64,000 bases of DNA from a virus: IMG/VR virus record IMGVR_UViG_3300042562_002450, positions 1-64,000 of that record; one strand, given 5' to 3'. The notes under the pieces were generated by a model, which was given only the letters and a program-made list of their open reading frames with translations, was not told the DNA's origin and searched no databases. Below are positions 8,530 through 17,929 of this stretch, piece by piece (positions within the stretch are counted from its first letter, which is position 1; every line of letters begins with the position of its first letter). The position numbers and the translations under genes are program-made.

Positions 8530-8680
8530 GGGGGATTAGCTTAGCTGGTAAAGCAACTATGGATGAAAAAAGAAGTGGCGAAATTCGTAAAGTACTCAAG
8601 AGATAGCTTCTCTTAATAGTCGCGGAAAGTTAACTAGTCTGTAGATAAGATCGGAGGTTCGATTCCTCTGTCCCCTGCCA
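8530..8680 (+). ncRNA. tRNA-like RNA with about 75 extra nt in place of the anticodon arm
   Basis: Acceptor GGGGGAT/GTCCCCT, G+CCA, D arm GCTT/AAGC, T arm GGAGG-TTCGATT-CCTCT; 151 nt. Confidence 0.75.
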
Positions 8681-8742
8681 ATAAAAACCCAGTCACTTTG
8701 GCTCTTTGAGTAAAATTAAATCATACAAATTGGAGTCAGGAG

Positions 8743-8907
8743 ATGAGTAAAACGAATATACTAATATTAAAATTAGCTATGTTGGGTTTTGTATTGGGAA
8801 CAATACTAAGTTACATACTGGGGACTCAGCTCTTTAATATCTCTGCCTACATAGCTATTCCAATAGGAATGCTTGCTGGGATTTGTTCACCTTTTATTGG
8901 AGAGTAG
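8743..8907 (+). CDS. Small two-helix membrane protein (54 aa)
   Basis: AGGAG RBS; two hydrophobic segments; not in the ORF track. Confidence 0.6.
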   Translation: MSKTNILILKLAMLGFVLGTILSYILGTQLFNISAYIAIPIGMLAGICSPFIGE

Positions 8908-8934
8908 TATGAAAAAAATAAATAGGAGAAGAGA

Positions 8935-9228
8935 ATGAGAAAAGGTTGGATAATTACAAAAAATTACTTAGAGTCGCGCAATGAAAAAACATTTACTGAA
9001 GTTTCAATCATTGGACCTTCTCTTACTACTCTTACTAAAGAACAAATAGTACTTGGTCATCCATTCAAAATGTTTGATGATGATGATGTTCTTTGTTATG
9101 AAGGATATCTTTATGCTGATAAAAACTCAGAAGATGGGTTTATGCCATTAGATAACTATGGCACGCCAGATGCTGGGTGTACGTATGTTCAATATAAAAA
9201 TGAAATTGGTGAATGGAAAACATTGTAA
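8935..9228 (+). CDS. Hypothetical phage protein
   Basis: AGGAG RBS; FKMFDDD..LCYEG motif. Confidence 0.65.
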   Translation: MRKGWIITKNYLESRNEKTFTEVSIIGPSLTTLTKEQIVLGHPFKMFDDDDVLCYEGYLYADKNSEDGFMPLDNYGTPDAGCTYVQYKNEIGEWKTL

Positions 9229-9306
9229 TCTATAGAATACAACGCTAATATTTTAATGTGATATTTTTAAATATGTTAAAATTTTCTCTAGGGGAGAAGT
9301 TTTAAT

Positions 9307-10230
9307 ATGATGACACCTGTCGACATTAAAAATGAATTAGATAAATACGTCATAGGTCATGATGAAGCAAAGAAATATCTTTCTATTGCTGGATACAATC
9401 ATCTTAAGAGAATGAATGGCAATAATATTAAAAAAACAAATGTATTATTAATTGGCCCCACAGGGTCTGGAAAAACCTATATGATTACCATGTTGGCAAA
9501 CATATTAGGTGTAAAGTATTCTTCTTTTGATGCAACTCAGTTCTCAGCAATAGGATATGAAGGCAAAGACGTAGAAGACATAATAACTGATTTAGTAAAT
9601 AATTGTGAAAACAATGAAAAAGAAGCAAGTAGATCTATTGTCTACATAGATGAGATTGATAAGATTAGAAAAAAGAAAGTAAGCGGATCGTTTGATATAA
9701 GTGGACTAGGAGTTCAACAATCACTTTTAAAAGTGCTAGAAGGCTCGGACATACCATACGTTTCAAAGTACTCAAATAATGGACAGTATGATGAAAAACT
9801 TAATACTGAAAATATATTATTTATAGCATCTGGAGCCTTTGTTGATTTAACAGAGGTCAGCACAAAAGGTCTTATAGAATATGGAATGATTCCAGAATTC
9901 CTAGGAAGATTTTCAATCACAGCAAAGCTTGAGGCATTAACTCTATCTCATTATGTTAAAATATTAAAAGATTCGGAAGGCTCTATTATCAAATCATATA
10001 AAGAATGGTTTTTGACAGAAGGCATAGAGCTAGTAATACATGAAAGCGCTATAAACTTTTTAGCCACGGAAGCAATGAAAAGAGATCTAGGGGCTAGAGG
10101 CTTACATATTGCACTAGAAGAAGCATTGATAAATGCTCAATTCGAAGCACCCAGTATGGTAATCAAGCCTAAGCAAATAATTCTAAACTCAATAAATATT
10201 AAGACAAAAATTCCTTTCTGGGTTTTTTAA
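9307..10230 (+). CDS. clpX: ClpX-like AAA+ ATPase (no zinc-binding domain, no IGF loop)
   Basis: YVIGHDEAKK, Walker A GPTGSGKT, Walker B IDEIDK, GVQQSLLK, PEFLGRF, GARGL. Confidence 0.9.
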   Translation: MMTPVDIKNELDKYVIGHDEAKKYLSIAGYNHLKRMNGNNIKKTNVLLIGPTGSGKTYMITMLANILGVKYSSFDATQFSAIGYEGKDVEDIITDLVNNCENNEKEASRSIVYIDEIDKIRKKKVSGSFDISGLGVQQSLLKVLEGSDIPYVSKYSNNGQYDEKLNTENILFIASGAFVDLTEVSTKGLIEYGMIPEFLGRFSITAKLEALTLSHYVKILKDSEGSIIKSYKEWFLTEGIELVIHESAINFLATEAMKRDLGARGLHIALEEALINAQFEAPSMVIKPKQIILNSINIKTKIPFWVF

Positions 10231-10413
10231 TATAATCTTTATTCCAATTTAATATTTTTTATTTTATAATAGCTTTAACAATACAAAGGAAAACTTATGT
10301 GTTCTTTTTGTATTAAGCCTTGTGGCAATAATTGGTATTTTCATACAGAAAGAAATTCTATGGAAAATGTACACTATAAAAGCATAGGGTATCTTTTTAT
10401 TTAAAGGTAAGTT

Positions 10414-11145
10414 ATGATACGTTGTATGCACATAAGCGACACTCATCAAGAGAATATCGCAGATATTGTAGTGACTGATCTCAAGACTGAATCTTTTGGG
10501 ACATTAGATCTATTATTTATTTCGGGTGACTTAACCTATAGAGGAGACATTGATAAGCTTAAAAAATGCGCTGATCAGTGTGAAGATTTAGTTAAATACG
10601 GTTACGTTAAAGATATTGTAATAACTCCTGGTAATCATGATAAAACATTTCACAAAGCAAAAATAATAAATGACAAGCCTAGCAATTGGGAAACTCCAGA
10701 AAGAGCCCGCGAATGCTTTGCTCACAAAAAAGGCATACATCTTTTAATTCATCAAGCTATTGAGTTACATGGAATTAAAATATTTGGAAGTCCTTGGACT
10801 CCTGAATTCTGTAATTGGGCATATAACTACTACTGGTATGAAGCAAAATCATTATGGAATCTTATTCCTAATGACACACAAGTATTAATGACACATGGTC
10901 CTCCTGAATTCATCTTAGATGAAGTTCATGAATATATGAAAATTAAATATTGTGGATGCCCTGAGTTAGCAAGACAAATCATAAACAGACCAAGTATTAC
11001 TCATCATTTATTTGGCCATATCCATGAAGGATACGGAACTATAATAAAGAATGGGGTTACTTATATGAATAGTTCCATTATGGATGGATCATACAAACCA
11101 ACAAACAGACCTCAATATTTTGAATTTAACCCAAAGGCAACATGA
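10414..11145 (+). CDS. Calcineurin-like metallophosphoesterase
   Basis: SDTH, GD, GNHD, THGPP and GHIHE motifs. Confidence 0.85.
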   Translation: MIRCMHISDTHQENIADIVVTDLKTESFGTLDLLFISGDLTYRGDIDKLKKCADQCEDLVKYGYVKDIVITPGNHDKTFHKAKIINDKPSNWETPERARECFAHKKGIHLLIHQAIELHGIKIFGSPWTPEFCNWAYNYYWYEAKSLWNLIPNDTQVLMTHGPPEFILDEVHEYMKIKYCGCPELARQIINRPSITHHLFGHIHEGYGTIIKNGVTYMNSSIMDGSYKPTNRPQYFEFNPKAT

Positions 11146-11480
11146 AAACAATTATTTTTACAGTTTTACTCCTCTTATCTTTCAATGGATACTCACAAGA
11201 ATGCAGTGAGAGATATGAAAAAGGCATAGACCTTACAGCTAAAAGCTTAACAATTACTCTTCAATGCAATAATAAAGAAGCAGTGAGAATAAGCGTAGAT
11301 AAATTTGCTAAAAAATTAAAGTTCTGTCAGAAAGGCCCAATCTGTATGATTGTTGGTAAGGCTGGCGTTTATATTGTTCAAAAACAGATCCCATTAGAAT
11401 GGGAATGTAATCCGCAAATTGCCATGAAAGTCCTAGAGTTCGCACTAACTAAAACATGTGAGAAGCTTACAGGACTCTAA
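11142..11480 (+). CDS. Secreted Cys-containing hypothetical protein
   Basis: Signal-peptide-like N-terminus; several Cys. Confidence 0.6.
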   Translation: MKTIIFTVLLLLSFNGYSQECSERYEKGIDLTAKSLTITLQCNNKEAVRISVDKFAKKLKFCQKGPICMIVGKAGVYIVQKQIPLEWECNPQIAMKVLEFALTKTCEKLTGL

Positions 11481-11488
11481 GGAGTCTC

Positions 11489-11854
11489 ATGAAAATCTTT
11501 GCATATCGAAACCTTAATCGCAAAGGTGTAGTGTGGTCATTAAAAGATACTAAAACAAATCTAGTAATAGATAGAGTTAACGTAGCTTATTTTAAAAATG
11601 TGGAATTAAAAGTATCTGAAGCTGGAAGGCAAAGAGTACTTAGGAATAAAAAGAAAAATGTACACGCAGGCGTTAAAGGTCAGCGAATAAAACACATGCC
11701 TAAAGGCATGATCTGGGTACAAGCTAGTTATAATCCTTATAAGCAAAAAGCATTTACAGACCTTAATGGAAATGAAATCCATAAAGCTGACTATGCTATT
11801 TTAAATGTATTTGGATTATCTGTAGCAATAAAGAAGCCGTCTGAAGAGGTATAA
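11489..11854 (+). CDS. Conserved phage hypothetical protein
   Basis: YRNLN...VSEAGRQRVL...KNVHA motif, recalled from large phages. Confidence 0.7.
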   Translation: MKIFAYRNLNRKGVVWSLKDTKTNLVIDRVNVAYFKNVELKVSEAGRQRVLRNKKKNVHAGVKGQRIKHMPKGMIWVQASYNPYKQKAFTDLNGNEIHKADYAILNVFGLSVAIKKPSEEV

Positions 11855-11889
11855 TATAGATAGTGCTCAGTTAGGTGAGAACAAGATTC

Positions 11890-12174
11890 GGATGCCTTGA
11901 CCCAAAAAGTCCTAAACAAGTGGTGATGGTATGCTCCCCTGTTGTCAGTACGGTTGCTGAATGTAACGTAGGCTATTAACGGTTGAATTCCTTAGTGCAC
12001 CTTAAGTGGTTTTTAACTAACTATTCAACGTTCTGCTAATAGGTAAACTGACCCTGTCGACATGTAACATATGGTTCTAGTAGTAATAGAGCAAGTTGTT
12101 AGGTGGCAACGGCTACGTTGCATTCTAAATGAAAAAATAAGCCTATGCGAGTTAAAATCTCGCGGAGTCCAACA
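11890..12174 (+). ncRNA. Candidate large tRNA-ended structured RNA (tmRNA-like architecture)
   Basis: T-arm-like GCGAG-TTAAAAT-CTCGC then GGAGTCC-A-ACA; GGATGCC 5' end; 13-bp helix 11959-71/12113-25. Confidence 0.45.
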
Positions 12175-12192
12175 ATACATTAAAGGTTATAT

Positions 12193-12537
12193 ATGAAATT
12201 TGATTACATGAAGCATAGGACTTGCAGATATGATGGATGTCGTATTGCTCTTAGTTATGTAGAAATATCTAAAATTAAAGAACTTAAAAATAGATATTAT
12301 TGTAGCCATGAGTGTCTTGAGAATCAGTACAAAAGCTTAGGTTTTGATGGAGCTATACATTTAGTACATCAGAAGTTTGGGTCTTTACATCCAGTAACTA
12401 AAAAGATACAAGAGATGAGAGAAGAGCTTGCAACACTTAGAAAAGATACAGACTATGATGAGCGAGCTACAAAGGGTCGAATAAAAGAAGAACAAAATTT
12501 TGCTCGTCTATTAAAAACAAGTGAAAAATGCTTATAA
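12193..12537 (+). CDS. Hypothetical protein with Cys motifs
   Basis: CxxxxC and YCSHEC (TRASH-like) motifs. Confidence 0.6.
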   Translation: MKFDYMKHRTCRYDGCRIALSYVEISKIKELKNRYYCSHECLENQYKSLGFDGAIHLVHQKFGSLHPVTKKIQEMREELATLRKDTDYDERATKGRIKEEQNFARLLKTSEKCL

Positions 12538-12546
12538 GGATTAATT

Positions 12547-13014
12547 ATGAATATCGAATCTATTGTTACAGATACTACAGATGATATATGGAATAAAACA
12601 AATACATCATACCTAGCTTTTAAGCTTGGACGAAAAGCTGATTCCTATAATAGAGCAAGACCTGCAGTGTCTAATGGTAAGATATTTGATGGTCTTGATT
12701 GTGTAGCTTCAAATATTACTTTTGATGGTAATTCAGCTAAAGAAGAAGATCAGGGCCCTGATGGACTAATCCCTAAGATTGGTTCTTGCGTGGCTCTTTA
12801 TGCTTCTAAGTTTAATTCAGGAAACTCATTTTTAAGAACCAGTAATATTCAAGACTTTTATATTCATGGGAATTATGAGGCTTCTAAAGATAAAATTATC
12901 TTAAAGCCAGAAAATGCTGATCTTCTTAAAGGGATTGATTTTCAAGATGGAGATATCCTTCTTAATACAATGAATAGTCTTTATTACTTAAAAGCAATTA
13001 AGAACAATAGATGA
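12547..13014 (+). CDS. Hypothetical protein
   Basis: 155 aa, AAGGA RBS. Confidence 0.65.
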   Translation: MNIESIVTDTTDDIWNKTNTSYLAFKLGRKADSYNRARPAVSNGKIFDGLDCVASNITFDGNSAKEEDQGPDGLIPKIGSCVALYASKFNSGNSFLRTSNIQDFYIHGNYEASKDKIILKPENADLLKGIDFQDGDILLNTMNSLYYLKAIKNNR

Positions 13015-13145
13015 AAACAATATTCTTTTTATTCTTTCTTACTTCTTGTTCAACTATGACTTTTCATGAGCAATCTGCTTATGCATTAAAGACTATGGAT
13101 CCAAACTTTGCATTGGAAGGAGAATCAGATGACACAAGAAGATAA
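13011..13145 (+). CDS. Small lipoprotein (44 aa)
   Basis: MKTIFFLFFLTSC lipobox; ATGA overlap. Confidence 0.5.
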   Translation: MKTIFFLFFLTSCSTMTFHEQSAYALKTMDPNFALEGESDDTRR

Positions 13146-13395
13146 AGATAAAATTATTAAAATAGCTAAAGATTGCTATGACAAAATAGATATTTTAAGA
13201 GTTGAAGATATTGGAATCGAAAAGAAAGCTCAAGCAATTTATGCAGAGCTTCCTGGTATTTATAGGAAACTAGAAGAGATTAAAGTTTTACCTGAGAAGG
13301 TTAACTTCCAAGTCTTTATGGAACTTGTAACTACTAGACTTCAAATTGCAGCTCAAGAAGCACAAATGTTTAGAAACTTTAATGGTTTTGCTTAG
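13129..13395 (+). CDS. Hypothetical protein
   Basis: AGGAG RBS before ATG 13129. Confidence 0.6.
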   Translation: MTQEDKDKIIKIAKDCYDKIDILRVEDIGIEKKAQAIYAELPGIYRKLEEIKVLPEKVNFQVFMELVTTRLQIAAQEAQMFRNFNGFA

Positions 13396-14084
13396 AAATC
13401 ATTAATAGTATTAACAAGACTTGGATCATCAATAAATGGATTTGTATTCCCTTGAATCTCTTTAATTTTTAGATTTCTAATAATTTCAAAAGAATCAACT
13501 GGATCAGATTCATGCCACTTGCGAAATGTAGCTTCTTGCATTGGATCTATACGCATCTTGTAACGTACAGAAAAATAGAACATTGCTCTAGCAACATTAC
13601 CTTTGTGGTGACTTGGTGGTTGAAATGCAGTAATATCTGTATTTGGAATCTTTCCTTTAAAGGATGTCCCACAAACAGTATCTCCATTTTTAATTATAGA
13701 AAAAGGATGATTACCTCTTGCTGAATTAGCAAAAGAAGCAGTTGGATAGAGATGATGAAGATCGGTTTTTTTAATAGCAATTTCATGAGGACCAAATTTT
13801 GATTGAGGCCACGTATGTTCGCAATTAACAAAATTAGGATCTGGTATCTTTCCCTGGCCAACACCATGGCTTGCATTGTAATTATTGTCGCAATAAACGT
13901 CGGTTACAATTCCGTTGTTATAATGAAGTATGCCGAAAAGATATTGTCTCGCAAGAGTATAAGAGACGATTGGAACATGAACTTGAATGACTGAATCATT
14001 TAGATTTTCTTTTTCACTTATCGGTTTACCACAAGCTCCAATAGAAAAGATTAATAAAAGAAATAAGACTAATGTTTTAATCAT
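13392..14084 (-). CDS. Endonuclease I family secreted/lipoprotein nuclease
   Basis: NCEHTWPQS, DLHHL, RGNHPF, KGNVARAMFY, QGNTNPFID; lipobox-like IGAC. Confidence 0.9.
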   Translation of the reverse strand: MIKTLVLFLLLIFSIGACGKPISEKENLNDSVIQVHVPIVSYTLARQYLFGILHYNNGIVTDVYCDNNYNASHGVGQGKIPDPNFVNCEHTWPQSKFGPHEIAIKKTDLHHLYPTASFANSARGNHPFSIIKNGDTVCGTSFKGKIPNTDITAFQPPSHHKGNVARAMFYFSVRYKMRIDPMQEATFRKWHESDPVDSFEIIRNLKIKEIQGNTNPFIDDPSLVNTINDF

Positions 14085-14143
14085 AATTAACTCCAATGTA
14101 TAGTTGAATTATAGCTTACTCAAAAACAAACAGGAAACTAAAA

Positions 14144-14446
14144 ATGAATATATCTGACAAAACTGCTCAGCCTGTGACGCTAAAGCAACTAACTGATTTT
14201 ATTAAAGAAAACTTACATTTAACTTGGTTTCTTGGAGATGGTGGTTGTTTTAAGGCAGTGGGTCAAGAGAAAAAAGGTAGACCAGTTTTCAAGTATTTTT
14301 ATCCAAGTATTGATACAAGAACAATGGATATTTTTCATATTAAAACTGATAGGTATGAAGTTGATTTCAGAGAAGAGTTCGATGGGACAATACTTGATTT
14401 ACTTATATTTAAATATAAAAAAGAATTTGAAAATGAAGATAAATGA
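14144..14446 (+). CDS. Hypothetical protein
   Basis: 100 aa, AGGA RBS. Confidence 0.6.
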   Translation: MNISDKTAQPVTLKQLTDFIKENLHLTWFLGDGGCFKAVGQEKKGRPVFKYFYPSIDTRTMDIFHIKTDRYEVDFREEFDGTILDLLIFKYKKEFENEDK

Positions 14447-14514
14447 ATGCAAGATTTGCTTAGGAATAAGCTATCCTGATTGCAAAACAGAAGATATAAA
14501 AGAGGAGAAAGAAG

Positions 14515-15066
14515 ATGAGTAAATGCTTATTGTTAGTTGGTCCTATTTGTAGTGGGAAAACAATGTTAGCTGAAACATTAATGCAAAGAGGCTTTCTTAG
14601 AAATAGAAGTAACTTTTATGGGATTGAACAATCTAGAAAACTCCTATCTGACGGAACAATGGCCGGAGAGCTTGATGCTTGGGCTGGATTCCTAAGACAG
14701 ATACAATCACCCTCACCTAATGATAATGCCATATACGAGTTCTCAGGAACTGGTAGGCATGTTTATAGTGTCTCATGGGCAATTGGGCATTCAATAAAAG
14801 ACGATCCAAATACACAATGGATTATAGCTTATTGTTTAGCTCCAGAAACTACCATTAGAGAACGATTCCCTAAAAAGGTCTATGACTCTCCTATGCCTTT
14901 TGCAATGGGAAGTCCTCTTAACTCTTTAGCTTTTATGAATGGTGAACTAGAGAAGTCTTATGGCAACTCAAGAGAATGGAATGGCTCAATGAAAATGAAA
15001 TTTAATATGAATGTTGAAAACTATGATGGGATTGCAGATCAAATATCTGCAGCCTTTATTAATTAA
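14515..15066 (+). CDS. P-loop nucleotide kinase-like protein
   Basis: N-terminal Walker A GPICSGKT. Confidence 0.7.
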   Translation: MSKCLLLVGPICSGKTMLAETLMQRGFLRNRSNFYGIEQSRKLLSDGTMAGELDAWAGFLRQIQSPSPNDNAIYEFSGTGRHVYSVSWAIGHSIKDDPNTQWIIAYCLAPETTIRERFPKKVYDSPMPFAMGSPLNSLAFMNGELEKSYGNSREWNGSMKMKFNMNVENYDGIADQISAAFIN

Positions 15067-15075
15067 GGAGTATCT

Positions 15076-15450
15076 ATGTACGAAGCATTACAAGTCTTGG
15101 TTCGCAAGCCTGGTCAATCTGAAAAAGGTTTACCTGAAGAAGTTACTATTGAAACAAAAGAAAATGGCGTTTTGATCGTCTCATCTGTTGATGGAAAATT
15201 TGAAACTGATATTTCAATTTTAGATGCCTTCTATGATATCAAAGAAGAAGTAACTAGTCAGAACCTGCCTATTGTTACAATTAAAGCTCTTGATGAGATA
15301 ATTGGCTTATTTGACGCATATGCTTCAAGCCCAATGCCTTTGCTTGGACTTCAAGTTAAAAACAAACTTGTTGGCTTAAAAGGTACAGTAAATAAGGTTA
15401 GCGGTAATACGCTTGGAGTTCATTCAATCCTTGGTCGTAAGATCAGCTAA
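15076..15450 (+). CDS. Hypothetical protein
   Basis: AAGGAG RBS; 124 aa. Confidence 0.65.
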   Translation: MYEALQVLVRKPGQSEKGLPEEVTIETKENGVLIVSSVDGKFETDISILDAFYDIKEEVTSQNLPIVTIKALDEIIGLFDAYASSPMPLLGLQVKNKLVGLKGTVNKVSGNTLGVHSILGRKIS

Positions 15451-15547
15451 TATTTCCTTACATTACTTTCAAAAGATAGACTCCCAGTAATATTATGGCA
15501 TTATATATGTAATACACTATATAGTGCACTTTATTTTGGGGGTTTAT

Positions 15548-16429
15548 ATGAAAGAATTAATAGTTTTAATTTTTATGGTTTTCTGCATATCTGCACAGAG
15601 TAGTTCTCATTTTTGTTTTCCTCAAAATACGAGATATAATCCAGTAGGATCTAAGTCTGTTAACTCTATAAATAAAGAAGAATTCGCTGACTCTATTGCT
15701 CAAGCAAAAGCAGTTTACTCTCCTATCTTTAAAGAAAAATATAATGCTGAATTAGTTGTTGAAGAAAAATGGGATGACAATACAGTTAATGCCTATGCTC
15801 AGCAATCTGGGAAAAGCTGGAAAGTAACAATGTTTGGTGGGCTTGCAAGAGATCCACTAGTAACAAAAGATGGGTTCACAGCTGTTATCTGTCATGAAAT
15901 CGGTCATCATGTTGGTGGAGCTCCTCGTAAACCAGGTTTTATTGGAACGTGGGCTTCTAATGAAGGTCAATCAGATTACTTCGCAACTTCAAAGTGTCTA
16001 AGAAAGATCTTTGAAAATGAATCTGAATTAAATTTAAAAGTATACAAATCAGAGCTTACTGAAGATCAGAAGCTTGCAAAGAATGCCTGTGAAGGCGTAT
16101 ACAAGAGTGAAGCTGAGGCTGCTCTTTGTTTCAGATTGGCAATGGCTGGTGAATCATTGGCTAAATTATTAGGTTCATTAGGTGGTAATGCAAATGTTAA
16201 GTTTGGTACTCCTGATGTAACAATTGCACCTAAAACAAATCACAATCACCCTAAAGGTCAGTGCCGTATGGATACTTACTTTCAAGGGGCATTGTGCGAT
16301 AAAGATCATGTTGTTTGGCCATCAAGCTCAGATGCTTCTGAAGGCTACTGCACAAGTAAAGAAAATTTCAAAATTGGATTAAGACCACTTTGCTGGTTTA
16401 CTCCATCAGAATATGATTTGAAACGTTAA
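15548..16429 (+). CDS. Secreted zinc metalloprotease (HExxH, M48-like)
   Basis: Signal peptide; VNAYA, CHEIGHH, NEGQSDY; Cys-rich. Confidence 0.8.
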   Translation: MKELIVLIFMVFCISAQSSSHFCFPQNTRYNPVGSKSVNSINKEEFADSIAQAKAVYSPIFKEKYNAELVVEEKWDDNTVNAYAQQSGKSWKVTMFGGLARDPLVTKDGFTAVICHEIGHHVGGAPRKPGFIGTWASNEGQSDYFATSKCLRKIFENESELNLKVYKSELTEDQKLAKNACEGVYKSEAEAALCFRLAMAGESLAKLLGSLGGNANVKFGTPDVTIAPKTNHNHPKGQCRMDTYFQGALCDKDHVVWPSSSDASEGYCTSKENFKIGLRPLCWFTPSEYDLKR

Positions 16430-16454
16430 ATTCGAATCGTAAATATACTCCTAG

Positions 16455-16481
16455 AAAAGCCCCAGAAATGGGGCTTTTTTA
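16455..16481 (+). terminator. Rho-independent terminator
   Basis: AAAAGCCCCA-GAAA-TGGGGCTTTT plus T run. Confidence 0.85.
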
Positions 16482-16498
16482 TTTCCTAAAAGGCTAAT

Positions 16499-16726
16499 AT
16501 GATTAATATATTTTCAGGTGATGTTAAGAAAGATAGTTTGATGTATGGGCAGATTTTTACATTAAAAGGTATTGGCGAAGCGGGTATTGACTTAAGAGGA
16601 AAATTCACCGATATTACGGTTAGTGGTGAAGGTATCAAGTATTATGTATTTAAGATTACTAGTCACAATTCCGAATATGATGAATTCTCAACAGCAATTC
16701 CTAATAATGGAGATATAGTAAAATGA
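16499..16726 (+). CDS. Hypothetical protein
   Basis: 75 aa ORF. Confidence 0.55.
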   Translation: MINIFSGDVKKDSLMYGQIFTLKGIGEAGIDLRGKFTDITVSGEGIKYYVFKITSHNSEYDEFSTAIPNNGDIVK

Positions 16727-17670
16727 AATATTTAGTAGCATTATTTTTGTTAGTTATAATTGGGTGCACAACACCTCAAGATATGACTCCACCTCCTATT
16801 AATCATAACAAGATGACATTAGAAATGGCAGCTTGTGATAAGCAGGAAGTTGGATTACTTGGATGTTTCTATAATCAAGACTTAAGCAAAAATTTAAGAA
16901 TCCCTCTTTGGTATAAAGGTGAGTATCAGATTCGATCAGAAAGATGTAACTTTTTTGAAAATAGTAGATATGAAAATTCTGAAGAATTAGAATTTACATA
17001 TGAAAAGCTACTTGCGAATAAACCAGAAAATGAAAAAACATGTCTATTTAATATAAAAGTATTTATAGATAAATTCGATAATGGGTTTCAAGGTTTTTTT
17101 CTTTTAAGTGAAGGGAATATTAAGCCACTAGAATTCAACCTAAGCAATCAAAATTACTTAGGTTATGCAGGAATTCAGATTAAAGAAGGACAGACATTAC
17201 TTCCAAACATTGCTATTAAAGCAAAAACTAAAGGATTAGTTTTCTGGGAAGGTTGTAGAGTTCGTGGCGAAAAGAAGTATCAATCAAACCCAGTAATTAA
17301 CATCTCTGAGATTATAGGTGATATTGCTTTTCCTCTAGATACTTGTATCTTAACTATTGGTTTAATTCCTAATGATGTGCAATTACCAGTAGAGTTAGCT
17401 AAGATTCATATTAATATCTTTGAAAAAGTTATCGTATCTCTGCCGCAGCCATTTTTAGAATATAAAAATGAAAAACTAAAAGTGAATGCAGATAAAATTG
17501 TTGCCGCAATTGGGATAGGAAATAACCTTTCCATTGAACATGGTAATAGGAAAAAAAGCTACAAGAGAAGTGTAAAAGAAAATGAAGAAGTTGATGTTAG
17601 AATAATGACATCTAATGGACGCTTCATGTTATTGAAAGTTAAAAATGGAGAAATCTTATGGATGAAATAA
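16723..17670 (+). CDS. Lipoprotein of unknown function
   Basis: MKYLVALFLLVIIGC lipobox; Cys-rich. Confidence 0.7.
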   Translation: MKYLVALFLLVIIGCTTPQDMTPPPINHNKMTLEMAACDKQEVGLLGCFYNQDLSKNLRIPLWYKGEYQIRSERCNFFENSRYENSEELEFTYEKLLANKPENEKTCLFNIKVFIDKFDNGFQGFFLLSEGNIKPLEFNLSNQNYLGYAGIQIKEGQTLLPNIAIKAKTKGLVFWEGCRVRGEKKYQSNPVINISEIIGDIAFPLDTCILTIGLIPNDVQLPVELAKIHINIFEKVIVSLPQPFLEYKNEKLKVNADKIVAAIGIGNNLSIEHGNRKKSYKRSVKENEEVDVRIMTSNGRFMLLKVKNGEILWMK

Positions 17671-17906
17671 TGCCTACGATTAAAACAATACTGAAAGGTG
17701 TTGAGAATCCTTGGAAAGCTGGGATCGGAGCTGCACTTGCTTTGTTTGTTTATTTTTTTATTCTTACAATGAAAGGTAAGCTTAGAACAAAAAAAGCAGA
17801 CAACGAAAAAGATGAACAAAAGACTGAATCAAATATAGAACTTGAGAATTCAAATGCAGAAGCCGATATATCGGTATTAGATCGCCTTAATAGGAGATCA
17901 GAATAA
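17658..17906 (+). CDS. Membrane-anchored hypothetical protein
   Basis: One hydrophobic helix and a charged C-terminus. Confidence 0.6.
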   Translation: MDEIMPTIKTILKGVENPWKAGIGAALALFVYFFILTMKGKLRTKKADNEKDEQKTESNIELENSNAEADISVLDRLNRRSE

Positions 17907-17929
17907 AGTCTAACTTTTAGCTCCTCTTC

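Noticed and set aside
11890-12174. Group I or group II intron
   Set aside because: Intergenic, with no recognisable P/Q/R/S elements; the AAGCCTATGCG segment only superficially resembles domain V.
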